DNA of 64,000 nucleotides from Oikopleura dioica (Eukaryota > Animalia > Chordata): NCBI GenBank assembly GCA_907165135.1, contig OU015568.1, positions 1,364,001-1,428,000 of the forward strand, read 5' to 3'. The notes under the pieces are model-generated. The model was given only the letters and a program-made list of their open reading frames with translations. It did no database searches and had not been told where the DNA came from. A program made the translations under genes and the position numbers. Of this stretch, positions 36,527-47,742 are shown in pieces; positions within the stretch are counted from its first letter, which is position 1, and every line of letters starts with the position of its first letter.

Positions 36527-37047
36527 CGGGTACCCTCCCAATCCCTGGGCAAAATCGAAAACCCAGGGATTCGGAGGGTCAAATCCGAAATGTTCTAGAA
36601 ATGTCTTTTAGCTGTTTTACAGCAGATTCATTAATTAGTTTTCTCTAATAATTGGTTAGTGTTAAAAGAAAAACAACTTTAGCAAACGCATTATATTTTT
36701 ATATTAGTATATATTTATAAGCATCCACTATTGGTTAAATTAAAATAATTTTTAAGCCTTAAATCTTCATTTATATCGTCTGATAGTAATTTCGAAAAAA
36801 ATGTCTGTTGGAAAATTACTTTCTGCTTTCATTCAATTTTCTTCTTTTAAGGGTTGGCGTTTAATCAAATATGACATACAAGTTATCTTCTAAAGTGCTT
36901 AAGTTTTTAGTATATTTTGAAAAATGATAAATAAAAGATTTTTTTGATCTTTTGTAGGGGTTTTCTAGAACATCACCCTCCGAATCCCTGGACTTTTCCC
37001 AAAAACCCAGGGATTCGGAGGGTGCCCAGGGATTCGGAGGGTCACCC
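36527..37047. mobile_element. hAT-like MITE, copy 2 (8-bp TSD AAATATTC)
   Basis: Same family and orientation as 11185-11716; AAATATTC on both flanks. Boundaries are +/-1 bp. Confidence 0.88.
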
Positions 37048-37178
37048 AAATATTCATTCGCGGGGAAAATAAAGATATCCAAGTTTTTCCAGTTGTCGTC
37101 ATCTGGAAACGGTCAAAAGACAGGATTTTAGAAGGATATGATTATTTTATTAAAGATTGTTAAATTGACCATTTAAAG

Positions 37179-40100
37179 CCGTCCAACTGGCAGAGAAGAA
37201 AAATGCTTCTATTACGCGCCAGATTATAACTTAAACCGCTTCGAAGAAGCTCAGGGCTACATCGCAAGCAACCACTTCAACGCGAAACTCTCCTCAATCA
37301 GCAATAATGGGATATTTCAATTGATGAGTATAAGAATGGGCGATCATTACATCAAACTGTCAACGACTTACAAATTGAACAGAATCAGAAAAGAGGAAGA
37401 GTTTGAGAAAGGATGGAAGAAAAATGAAATCAGATTGCCAGCTGAATTAAGGGATTTGAATCCTGTACATGTTGTTCCATTGAAAAAGGTTGAAAACATC
37501 ATTTTTCTTGCTGCTAAAATAGCACAGGATTCTTGTCAGATATTTTTTTTCTCAACCGAGAATAGATCGATTTGGAGCGACTTCTATTGATTGTTGTGAC
37601 GAGAAGTGTCTATTTGTCAAACACACTTTATTCTGTGCTATTGGAGAACGACGGTAAATTTCTGACATTGGGGCGCGAATGGATCGATTCTCTTATTAAA
37701 TATGAACGTAAGCGACGCTGCTTTTCGAGGTTGTTTTCTCAAGACGATCCCAATTACACAGATCAAAGAGGATACAACAACGACGAATGCGAGTATTTCG
37801 GACACGGATTTATAAATGACGAAAAACTTTTTTTCCAAAATAATGTTTTTGATGTCATTTTTGAAATCCGATTCAACTTCGGAGAGGGTTAAAATAGCTT
37901 GATTATTAAATAAGGGGCCCCTTAAAAACCCTTGAGCAGCGACAATCGAGCTTGAATTTGTCCAACGAAGATCGAACGAGAAAATGCACGTGACCAGCAA
38001 TCCTTTATTCGCGTTTCACGATGACGTGTTCCCTTCCTTTGCTAAAAATGTTATATCCCAGCCGCTATTTCCTCACCCGGGAACCCTTTTCGAAAATCAC
38101 AAAGTAATAATTCCCGATGTTATTTTCTTCGCGCTAAAAGAGCTGCAACATATTTCGACGTTCGAAATGAAGTTGAATGGACATGACAGTTTTCAATTCA
38201 AAATAAAATTCCGGGACGATGATCAGAAATTTAAAGAAACCAAGTTTCTTGGAGGCAATTTCTTCGACGGGAAAAGTTTCTTTTTGTTTGGAGTTTATGG
38301 AAATGGCTCAGTCTGGATGAATTCGGATTTTTTCGAGGAGAAAGTTGTTTTGAAGACAAATGCTAAAAACTTACGAAAAGTACTATTCAATTTAACGCCA
38401 GCACAATCAATGGAGTCTTTTCTTGAAATTCATGAGGAAAAGTTAATTAACCCTTCATTACAGAAATTTAAGGTGAGGTGTCTGGAACCGACAAAAATAT
38501 TTCGACAAATTTTGCGTGGAAATTTTCAACCAATCAGAAGCCCGGCTCACTGACCAATAAGCAGCCGAGCAGCCGCCCACGCAAAATTTGTCGAATTTTT
38601 TTGTCGGTTCCTGACGCCTCCCCAAATTTAAAGGGGCAAAAAAATTATTAATTTATGAAAGTATTCCGAAATTAAACACGAAAGTAAATCAGTTATCAAA
38701 ATAACGGGCCTTGAAACTGTCGAAAACAGAAAAATCCGTGTCTTTAAATTAGACGATCGCACAGTAGTGCATTCTTTTTATTACACTTCTGAAGACAAAA
38801 AGAAAGACAGCCCGGCATTATTAGTGATGGGCGAAAGCTTGATGGAGGCGTTTTCGATGACCTTAGATGGGACTCGTCAGGGATCGTTGAATAGATCTGT
38901 TTCAATCGGAGCACCTACAGACGACTATGTCTTATTCGCTCCTCATGCTCTTCTCAAAAATGAACTGTATATTTTCGGCGGAGATTCGGATAACCATAAA
39001 GTGAGAAAACTCGTAATTCCTTGAAATAACTGAATTCAGATTGCTAAATTGATACACTGCGAATGGAGAGAAATATCAAAACGATTAATTAACGGGATGG
39101 GGTTTTTGTCTGCTGCGCTTCCAATAGAAGATGGCGGAAAAGCGTTAATTTGCTTTGACATCCACTATCCTCACTGGAAATGCGAGGTTTATGATTCTGA
39201 ATCGACAGAGTTAACATCAACCTTCGAAACAAAATATTCACATCGAGGTGGAAAACTCGGTCTCTACAGGGGAAAACCAATGACTGTAGGAAGTTCCCAG
39301 GGGGATGGAAGGAACAGAAGTGAGATTCTCGATTCTTCTGGCTGGTCCAAGTCAACCGATTTTCCACACAAGTATTTAAGGCTAGGCTGGTCGATTTGGC
39401 CCAAAGCAGAGCTCATAAACTCTGGACTTATGAATGCTAGAATAGCCAGTAATGGCTTAAAATAAAGATCTATCCTAGATCTTCTGAATTACAGAAGGTT
39501 TTTTTGTTCTGCCAAGATTTCTGCCGAATTCCGGAGTTTTTGAGCCTTGAATATTGGCTATTTTCGCGATTTTGGCCGAGATGCCAACTTTTAAGCCTCC
39601 GGAAGTGAGTTTTTTCTTGGCAGAACAAAAAAAAAACCTTCTGTAATCCAGAAGATCTAGGATAGATCTTTATTTTTAGCCATTACTGGTTTTTTAGCGT
39701 TCATAAGTCCAGAGTTTATGAGCTCTGCTTTGGGCCAAATCGACCACCCTAGTCTTAAATAAATCAATAATGTGTTATAAATTTCATCCCTTTTTAGCGT
39801 TGCTTATCATATTTTGATGGAGCTTCCAACAGGCAATCTTTTGCTGGCAGGAGGATACGGGGTTGATGAATTCGATAAACATACTCATCATTCGAAAATT
39901 TGGATTTTTGAAGAGTATGCTTGGCGAGAAATCGGCAGTCTTAAAAACGTAATATGACTAGGGGGTGAACGGTGAAAAAATTGAATTTTTTATCATCCTC
40001 TAATAGAGATGAATAACACATCGATGGAAAGCCCTTGATCCACTGATCATTTTGACACATGACTTGAGGTCATCAAAGGTCACGTGGGGTCAGCTGAGGT

Positions 40101-42162
40101 CAAAATCTGATTTTTCCTTAACTCGACGTAACTAGGGTTTCTATGCATGATTTTGATTGCTGATTATCACTGATCATGTAAATTTTTCCTGAATTTTAAT
40201 CACGTGACATCTTGGAGGACCTCGGAGGACCTAGATGATGGAAGAATTTAAGCAAATTAAATGAAGAATAATCTTTTCCAGGGACTCCTTCGGCATGGTT
40301 ATTAACCGAAACGTAAGCATTGATAAATCTAATAATTTGATCACGTGGACCCTCGGAGGACCCCGGAGGACCTCATCTGATGGAAGAATTTATTGAAGAA
40401 AGAAGAGAAATCTATATAAAAAATTGATATTTCAAAAACCATAATTAAAAATCGGGAACGACAAACTGAAGTTTATTGAAAAATGGGTGTGGGCGGGGTT
40501 TGGGAAGAAATGAGACTGATCATCTCTATCTTTTCTTCAAATCCCAGCCGTAATCAAGCCCATTTCAATTTAAAAGCCAGGGACGGGGCTGAGACGGCCC
40601 GAAGGGCCGTCAAGCCCATTTCAATTTAAAAGCCAGGGACGGGGCTGAGACGGCCCGAAGGGCCGTCAAGCCCATTTCAATTTAAAAGCCAGGGACGGGG
40701 CTGAGACGGCCCGAAGGGCCGTCAAGCCCATTTCAATTTAAAAGCCAGGGACGGGGCTGAGACGGCCCGAAGGGCCGTCAAGCCCATTTCAATTTAAAAG
40801 CCAGGGACGGGGCTGAGACGGCCCGAAGGGCCGTCAAGCCCATTTCAATTTAAAAGCCAGGACGGGGCTGAGACGGCCCGAAGGGCCGTCAAGCCCATTT
40901 CAATTTAAAAGCCAGGACGGGGCTGAGACGGCCCGAAGGGCCGTCAAGCCCATTTCAATTTAAAAGCCAGGGACGGGGCTGAGACGGCCCGAAGGGCCGT
41001 CAAGCCCATTTCAATTTAAAAGCCAGGGACGGGGCTGAGACGGCCCGAAGGGCCGTCAAGCCCATTTCAATTTAAAAGCCAGGGACGGGGCTGAGACGGC
41101 CCGAAGGGCCGTCAAGCCCATTTCAATTTAAAAGCCAGGGACGGGGCTGAGACGGCCCGAAGGGCCGTCAAGCCCATTTCAATTTAAAAGCCAGGGACGG
41201 GGCTGAGACGGCCCGAAGGGCCGTCAAGCCCATTTCAATTTAAAAGCCAGGGACGGGGCTGAGACGGCCCGAAGGGCCGTCAAGCCCATTTCAATTTAAA
41301 AGCCAGGGACGGGGCTGAGACGGCCCGAAGGGCCGTCAAGCCCATTTCAATTTAAAAGCCAGGGACGGGGCTGAGAGGGCCCGAAGGGCCGTCAAGCCCA
41401 TTTCACGGGGCTGACTGAATTTAATAAGCGGAAGTTCTCAGTCGTCCAGGAATTGATTCCAAGCAAAAAAGTCCTCCGGAGGACTAATTATGACTCAAAC
41501 TCAGTCACATGATCAAGTTAACGCAATGTTTCGAGGAAAATCGGAATGAAAAAAAAGTGTCATTGCCGGGATTCGAACACCCCTAGAGGGCCAACTCATA
41601 GAGTTTGGACAAATAATTAGCTCTAGAATTTTTTGCACACAAGTGCACAAAGTGATTTTATAAGTTTCTGAAAGCATTTTTTCTGTAGATTAAGATTATC
41701 TTTGATTAAGGCTTGAGGAAGGTTGAGATCAAAAGTTATCGTGAAAAAACTGTTATCTTCATGAGAAAATTGGCGTTTATGATGGAAAACAGCGTTTTTT
41801 TAATTAACAATTATTGAATTAAATGTTTTTTATGATGTGTTTTATCTATATACATCGATTCAAATTAGTTTTCTAAACTTTTAATTTTGCCCATTCACTG
41901 CCATTTCACTGTTCACCCCCTAAATATGACAAATATTTTTTTTGAGAATATTTTTTTGATTTAGGCTGACACGGACGGATCGGCAATAATGATCGAGTAT
42001 TCAATTTTCATCGTGTCTGGAGACAGAAGTCCTCATGAAATTGAGCGACTCGATTTCGAAGGAGATTTATTAATTCATACAGAAGTCGTCGGAGAGTATC
42101 CAGATAAAAATTGGATTCCAGTTCTTTATGAAGTTCCTGTTGATTACTGTATACGTCCATAG
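37179..42162 (+). CDS. Multi-exon protein with a C-terminal kelch-like beta-propeller (5' end uncertain)
   Basis: Exons join in frame through introns 37528-37565, 37888-37936 and 38473-38661 and two MITE-bearing introns. Blades NELYIFGGD, KLGLYRGKPMTVGS and GNLLLAGGY; ends PVLYEVPVDYCIRP*. Confidence 0.7.
38472..38623. mobile_element. 152-bp MITE with 8-bp TSD AAATTTAA
   Basis: GGTGAGGTGTCTGGAACCGACAAAAA...TTCGACAAATTTTGCGTGG is inverted at the other end. AAATTTAA at 38464-38471 and 38624-38631. Confidence 0.82.
39380..39754. mobile_element. MITE, TTAA TSD, ~145-bp TIRs, intronic
   Basis: TTAA|GGCTAGGCTGGTCGATTTGGCCCAAAGCAGAGC ... GCTCTGCTTTGGGCCAAATCGACCACCCTAGTC|TTAA. Confidence 0.9.
39959..41922. 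mobile_element. 1,964-bp non-autonomous hAT-like element, intronic
   Basis: 19-bp TIRs TAGGGGGTGAAC(G/A)GTGAAA (1 mismatch); perfect 8-bp TSD AATATGAC at 39951-39958 and 41923-41930; no transposase ORF. Confidence 0.93.
40555..41405. repeat. 56-bp tandem minisatellite, 15 full units plus a partial unit
   Basis: Unit CAAGCCCATTTCAATTTAAAAGCCAGGGACGGGGCTGAGACGGCCCGAAGGGCCGT. Two adjacent units are 55 bp, the last unit has one substitution, and there are no spacers. Confidence 0.98.
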
Positions 42163-42556
42163 GGAACACCACTCTTTTAGATTTATTGACAATAAAATCA
42201 GCAAGACTCCAAATTGTCTCTTCTTCTTTTTTTTCAAGAGCAACAATACTCCTCATTCTTCCGGCGGCGCGGCGCGGATGAGCCTACAAATCTTTATTTA
42301 TCTAAAGCCGCTTCATTTCGCTTCATTTTTTTATGATCCTCAAGTTATGCCAAGAGGATTTTTAATTGAGTTGTACATTCACGAGCTCTCAAGCGCGCAC
42401 TCCGCATCAACTTTTAGTCATCTACTCATAACGATCATAAAAAAGAGAGATTCTCAACCGTTTTCGCCTTTTTGAAAGATACGAAAAGCAGGCCCTAATA
42501 AAAAAGGAACCCTAAAAGAGAAAGCGCCGCAAAACCAGAAACAAAGAGAAAAAACG

Positions 42557-43424
42557 ATGTCACGATACGGGGTCATTTGGGACTCCTACAGACTGTTTCT
42601 GAAAGTTGTCTTTTGTACAGTCTTTTTCAGTCTTGGAGCAACTTTGAGTTCGCTTTTTTGGGTCTTTCAAGAGGCCGAAATAGTGGGGACGAAAATAAAA
42701 GAAACAGAAGACCATGTCAGGTATTTTTCTTTTCCTCTCTTTTTTTTAATTTCATCAATTTTTTCAGGCCTACAGTGGAATTTGAAATCGGCCTTGTTGT
42801 TTTGGCTGGATTCGCTTTTGTAATTTCTATTTTCGGAGTTATTTTCGGGTGCAAGCAGTCGACAAAAATGACAACGCTCTATGCCTGGTTTTCGATAGTT
42901 GCATCTCTCTTCTGTTTTGTTGGACTCGCATATTGCAGTAAGTGACTCTCTCGCGATTTATTCTGACGAGTTCTAGTTTATATCGGTGCTCAAAGTGTGA
43001 TCTTTTACGAAACGAAGCAATTTCTACTGCATAGAGATCTGATTCCTTGGATCCCGGCGACTTTTTGCTTCTTCTTGTCGGCTTTTCTTTTCATCATTCT
43101 CGCGTAAGTTTCGAAAAAATGATGTAAGAGCCGTAAGAGATAATTTCTAGTGTCATTTCGTTCAAACAATACAAGCTGGAAAAAGATCTTCTCAAGTACT
43201 ACGGACCGACGACCTTCGATGGCACCATCAATGACAACTTTACTGATAATCAACCAATTTCAACGGACAAAATTTACGAATCATTAGGTAAAAACACAAA
43301 AACAATTAGCAAAGAATTTTCGTTTTTAGATAAAAGAGGCTTCGATTTACGCTCAGTTGAAAGTTTCGAGCCTCGCGAAGTCGTCGACGATTTTGAGTAC
43401 CGAACGAAACCTCGCGCCATGTAA
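42557..43424 (+). CDS. Small four-TM (tetraspanin-like topology) membrane protein
   Basis: Five exons give four hydrophobic segments (e.g. IGLVVLAGFAFVISIFGVIFG; LYAWFSIVASLFCFVGLAY). No CCG motif was seen. Confidence 0.6.
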
Positions 43425-43555
43425 AAAATTAACCTGCGTGCAATATAATTTTAAAAAATAAAGTCGCGAATAATTTTTAAATTATTTTTATTTTTCAGTT
43501 TGAGTTTTTTTTAAAAGAGGAAAAGAAAAAGACTGAACTTGGATTTTTGCAAAAG

Positions 43556-44020
43556 TTATTCATCAATTTTGTTGATTTTCATTCTTCTGCTTGGAATTGG
43601 GCTGTCGGGGTAAACTTCTTCCCAGAAAACGACGGAATCGTCGGAGATTTTTCTGTTGAGAGTTCGAAATACTGGAACGGGCTTTGGCTTTCGACCTGGG
43701 TGAAGCAATTTGGAGATTTTTGACTTGATCGATTTGAAACCCTTGAAGGTTTTCACCATCGTAGTCTTTTGCTTTCTTTCCGGGCAAGAACCAGGACAGG
43801 GTGGAGTCGTGAAATCGGTTTTGTTTCTGATCGGTGTGTTCATCACGGAATGACGTCTGACGCGATTTTCGGACACTTCCACGGCGAAGACTTCGTCGAG
43901 ATTCTTTTCAGAAATGGACTTGCGGATTTTTGTCGCAGACCATCGAAGACGAGAAGATTGCGACTTGGATCGTCGCTTGATTCCGCGGCTTTGGACGTCG
44001 ATGGAAGAGATTTTCGTCAT
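43556..44020 (-). CDS. Basic low-complexity 154-aa ORF, unknown function
   Basis: Uninterrupted ORF followed by an AT-rich 3' region; no family recognised. Confidence 0.5.
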   Translation of the reverse strand: MTKISSIDVQSRGIKRRSKSQSSRLRWSATKIRKSISEKNLDEVFAVEVSENRVRRHSVMNTPIRNKTDFTTPPCPGSCPERKQKTTMVKTFKGFKSIKSKISKLLHPGRKPKPVPVFRTLNRKISDDSVVFWEEVYPDSPIPSRRMKINKIDE

Positions 44021-44119
44021 ATTTCAAGTTATTCGGCTTGTTGATTGTGAGTTTGAGAAAGTTTGAATGTTGAGTTGTCGATTTTCTGACTGGTTTTTAT
44101 GCATGAAGTAAAGTGCGCC

Positions 44120-44280
44120 ACCACCTGAATAAGGTGCACCTCAAGCCAGAATTACGGGTAATTAAGGTGCACATATTGCCATCTGCTGATAATCAAATTT
44201 GATAAGGAGGTGCAACTTGCACCTAGCGCCAGCTGATCAGGTTCGTGCAGGTCCTTAATTAGCTGATTGAGCAGGTGAAT
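44120..44280. promoter_or_regulatory. Dense E-box/AGGTG/GATA cluster (candidate enhancer)
   Basis: CACCTG, AGGTGCACCT, AGGTGCAC, CATCTG, GATAA x2, AGGTGCAACTTGCACCT, CAGCTG and CAGGTG within 160 bp between two divergent genes. Confidence 0.5.
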
Positions 44281-44970
44281 CAATTATCCGGAGTCAAAAA
44301 GTTATTTTTTCACTTTTATCAAGAAAACGAACTGTTTAAAAAAACACCATAAGAACCTCGTTTTTCTTGAGAATTTTTGTTTTTGCGGAAATAATAATTT
44401 GAGATAGTATAGCTGATATTACCTGTATGTGCATCCCAATGCTCATAAAGATCAATGATCTTATTTATTTATCATTATCATTATTTTGAAAATAAAAACT
44501 TGAATAAACAATTCCTAGCACTAGTTTACGTATTTTAATGATGATGTTAATCCCAATTAAATTATCACCCGGCAAATAAATTTCGATAATCTTATCACGC
44601 TCTCAATTGGCGTGAATCAAATCTTTCCTCCCATCACTCTTAAAATTGAAAAAGTAAAATTGCGTTAATTGATTTATTTCGCGCAAAAACTCATCCCCCG
44701 CGAAACTTACATAATCCCCAAACAACTCAACTTGTCACGATCTTGCACATTTTTTCTTATCTCAGAGAAAGAATCGCTGAAGCCCGTTCCGGCCCGTTTC
44801 AGAACATTCCTGGGCGTAGTGTTGCCCCCGGCGCATTTTGCATTCAGATTCCTTTTTTCAGCACTTTTTTATTTTTCAAGAGATAGACAAAAGAACGTCT
44901 GTTTGAAGAAGAGTTCGAAATTACAAGCTGTTTTACTGAAATTTGAAGAAAGAAAAGGGCAACAGAGAAA

Positions 44971-47742
44971 ATGGATGAGGAAAATATCGCTACGCTAGAG
45001 CGGAAAAGGTACTTTTGATCAACCTAAATCACCTTAACAAAGATACTTTTTCTAACAAAATGTTCAAGGCGCAATGTCGTCCCGTTGAAGGATTTTATCG
45101 ACGAGGCCCGTGGCGTGCTCGATATTCAGCATTACCTCAACGAAGCATCGATCCAGACCTCTCTTTCTGCTTCATCCCTCGAAGACGCCGCTCTCGCTCT
45201 CGTTCCAGAAAATGTTGATGATCTTTCGCCAGAAGATTTATTGAAAGATGTTCTTTTCTCGCCAAATGGCCAGGTTGCTTCTTGCCAAGTTGTCTCCCAG
45301 ACAGTTTCCAGACCGACGATTGTTATTGGAAGGCTCGCGAGTCCGATAGATGCAGAGCTAAGGCTTGTTATTTTGATCATAAATCCTCTGAAGGAAAAGT
45401 TCTGAACATATTTGAAAATCAAATTTTCTTAAAACCATATTTCTTTTTTTGTTCAGAAAATATGCTGATTTCAAACAGGAAAAAATTGACTTGAAATCTC
45501 AAAGCTTTAGCGTACCCATTATCTTTCCACTTCAGAACTTATAATAGCTAAAAATGACAAAATCCAACTACGAAATCGGCCGATCCCTCGTCTCATTCGC
45601 CTACCAAACCGATCTTGCCAACAACCTTCCTTCGGAGAAAAACTCAATGTCGAAAATGGTCGACGATTTCGTTGCAAAAGTCAAAGCAGAAGAACCCACA
45701 GAGTTTGAGCTGCCAGATATTCCTGGAGTAGAACCAGTGCCGCTTTATCATTTGGGAAGGGGACTTTGGGGAGATATTAAAAGGAGAGCAAGGTGGTATC
45801 TGAGCGATTATGTCGACGGAGTGAATAATGTGAAGAGTGTTTCCAAGTCGATTTCAGCCACTGGTAGGCTTTTCTTTCAAATCTTCTAGTTTCTTTCAAA
45901 TCTTTGATTTAGTTTTTCTGTTTTTTGCCTGCCTCCTGCCTTCCATAGCGTTTGGAAGTTTGAACGCAGGAGCAACTCGCGGCGCAATTACTGTTCAAAA
46001 AACTATCATGGCTCAGGCATTTGGAGGCCTCTTTTTTGCCTTGTTTTCTGGTCAACCCATTGTGATTCTTCTGACGACCGCTCCGTTGGCACTGTATATT
46101 TCAATCATTCAGGATTTGGCCGATAGGTAACTTTCCAATTACGAATATTGGATGCTGTTTATAGCTCTTTTTTCCAGGTACGATTACGATTTCTTGTCGT
46201 TTTACGGCGCAGTTGGGATTATGAACGTGGTCTTCATTTTGATTTATGTGATGATAAATCTCTCCAAATTGATGAAGTACTCAACCAGGAGTATCGAAGA
46301 AGTCTTTGGGCTGTTCATCACGTGCGCCTTTTGCAAAGACGCTTTGAAGCATATTTCCGAGTTCTTCGATGAATATTATTACTCACCAATGTAAGTATGT
46401 TTAGCACCGCAAGTAATAATTTTGACCCTCTCGCTGAAAAAAATGATCAAATATGATTAGGATCAACATAACAGGCCAGTCTGGACCACAAAACGATCCG
46501 AATACAGTACCAACTTCTTGCGTACTCAGTACAAATGGAAGTATTCCAGATTCATGCCCTCAGATAATCGAGTCATATGACTTGGTCGCTTCTAGAGATA
46601 AGGCTCTTCTGGCCCTTATTTTAGCCATCGCAACTGCTTGGTTTGGTCTTCAGGAAAGGGTTGAACTTCATAAAAGATCCTCTCTGATTTCCCAGCAAAT
46701 TTCGACCCCTCTCAAGATAACAAGCTTCCGCAAGAGCCCTTATCTGCTCGGCTGGATGCGGGAACTTATCGCCGACTACGCCCTAGCCCTCTCCGTCATT
46801 GTTTTCTCCCTCATTGGATCAATCGGGTTCAAGGAAATTAAATTGGAGAGCTTTGGATATGGAGATTTAAAGCTTGAGTTTACCAGTGGAATCGCTGATT
46901 TGCCTGGAAGCGCGTGGGGCTGGGCCACACTCCTCGGTTTTTGCTTGTCGTTGCTTTTCTTCATGGACCAGGTTGGTGATTTTTTCTTGAGTCGTTTTTT
47001 AGCTTCTATTCAGAATATTTCCGCCGCTTTGGTAAATACTCCAGCAAACAAGCTAAAAAAAGGCGCCGCTTACCACTTGGACCTCCTCGTTGTTGCCCTT
47101 ATCAACATTCCCTTATCGCTTTTTGGGCTTCCCTGGATTCACGGTGCCCTTCCACACTCACCTCTTCACGCAAGAGCCCTTGCAGATATCACGGAAAAAG
47201 TTGAAGAAGGTCATGTGACAGAAACTGTCGATTTTGTCAGAGAATCAAGGTAAAAACTAACGAGTTCTTCACTGAAAGCCTTATCAACGATTCTAGAATT
47301 TCTGGAATTCTGGCTCACATTCTCATTGGTTTCTCCCTCTTTGCCATTCCGACTCCTTTAACCTCCATTCCCAAACCAGTGTTAGACGGTCTGTTTCTCT
47401 TCCTTGGTCTTTCCGGTCTCGCCGGAAGTCAACTTTGGGAAAGAATGCTTCTGATCGTTACAGAACAATCAGCCTATCCGCCAAATCATTATATCCGAAG
47501 AGTTCCACAAAAGAGCATTCATTTGTTCACGCTTTGTCAGTTCATTTTGCTGGTCATTTTGGGTAAGAACTTCTGTGGTTTCAAAAATAATCATCAATTC
47601 AGGCGTGATTGGATTCTACCCCTACCCTTATTTGAAAATGATCTTTCCAATTATCATCTTGCTGCTTATGCCCGCTCGACATTTCGTCATCCCCAAAATC
47701 GTCCCAGAAAAATATCTCCAAGCAATGGATGGTGCTCATTGA
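44971..47742 (+). CDS. SLC4A11: SLC4A11-like anion/H+(OH-) transporter
   Basis: [91 protein letters not shown] and [11 protein letters not shown]. Confidence 0.93.

Noticed and set aside
40555-41405. CRISPR array
   Set aside because: Units are head-to-tail with no unique spacers, there are no cas genes, and the context is a eukaryotic intron.
40555-41405. Hammerhead ribozyme in the repeat unit (CTGA-GA followed by a hairpin)
   Set aside because: The core needs CUGANGA...GAAA; here N7 is missing and TCAA replaces GAAA on the plus strand, and the minus strand lacks the core.
41560-41585. tRNA-like B-box (minus strand GTTCGAATCCCGGCAATGACA)
   Set aside because: Only a T-arm-like fragment; no cloverleaf, A-box or anticodon arm could be built.
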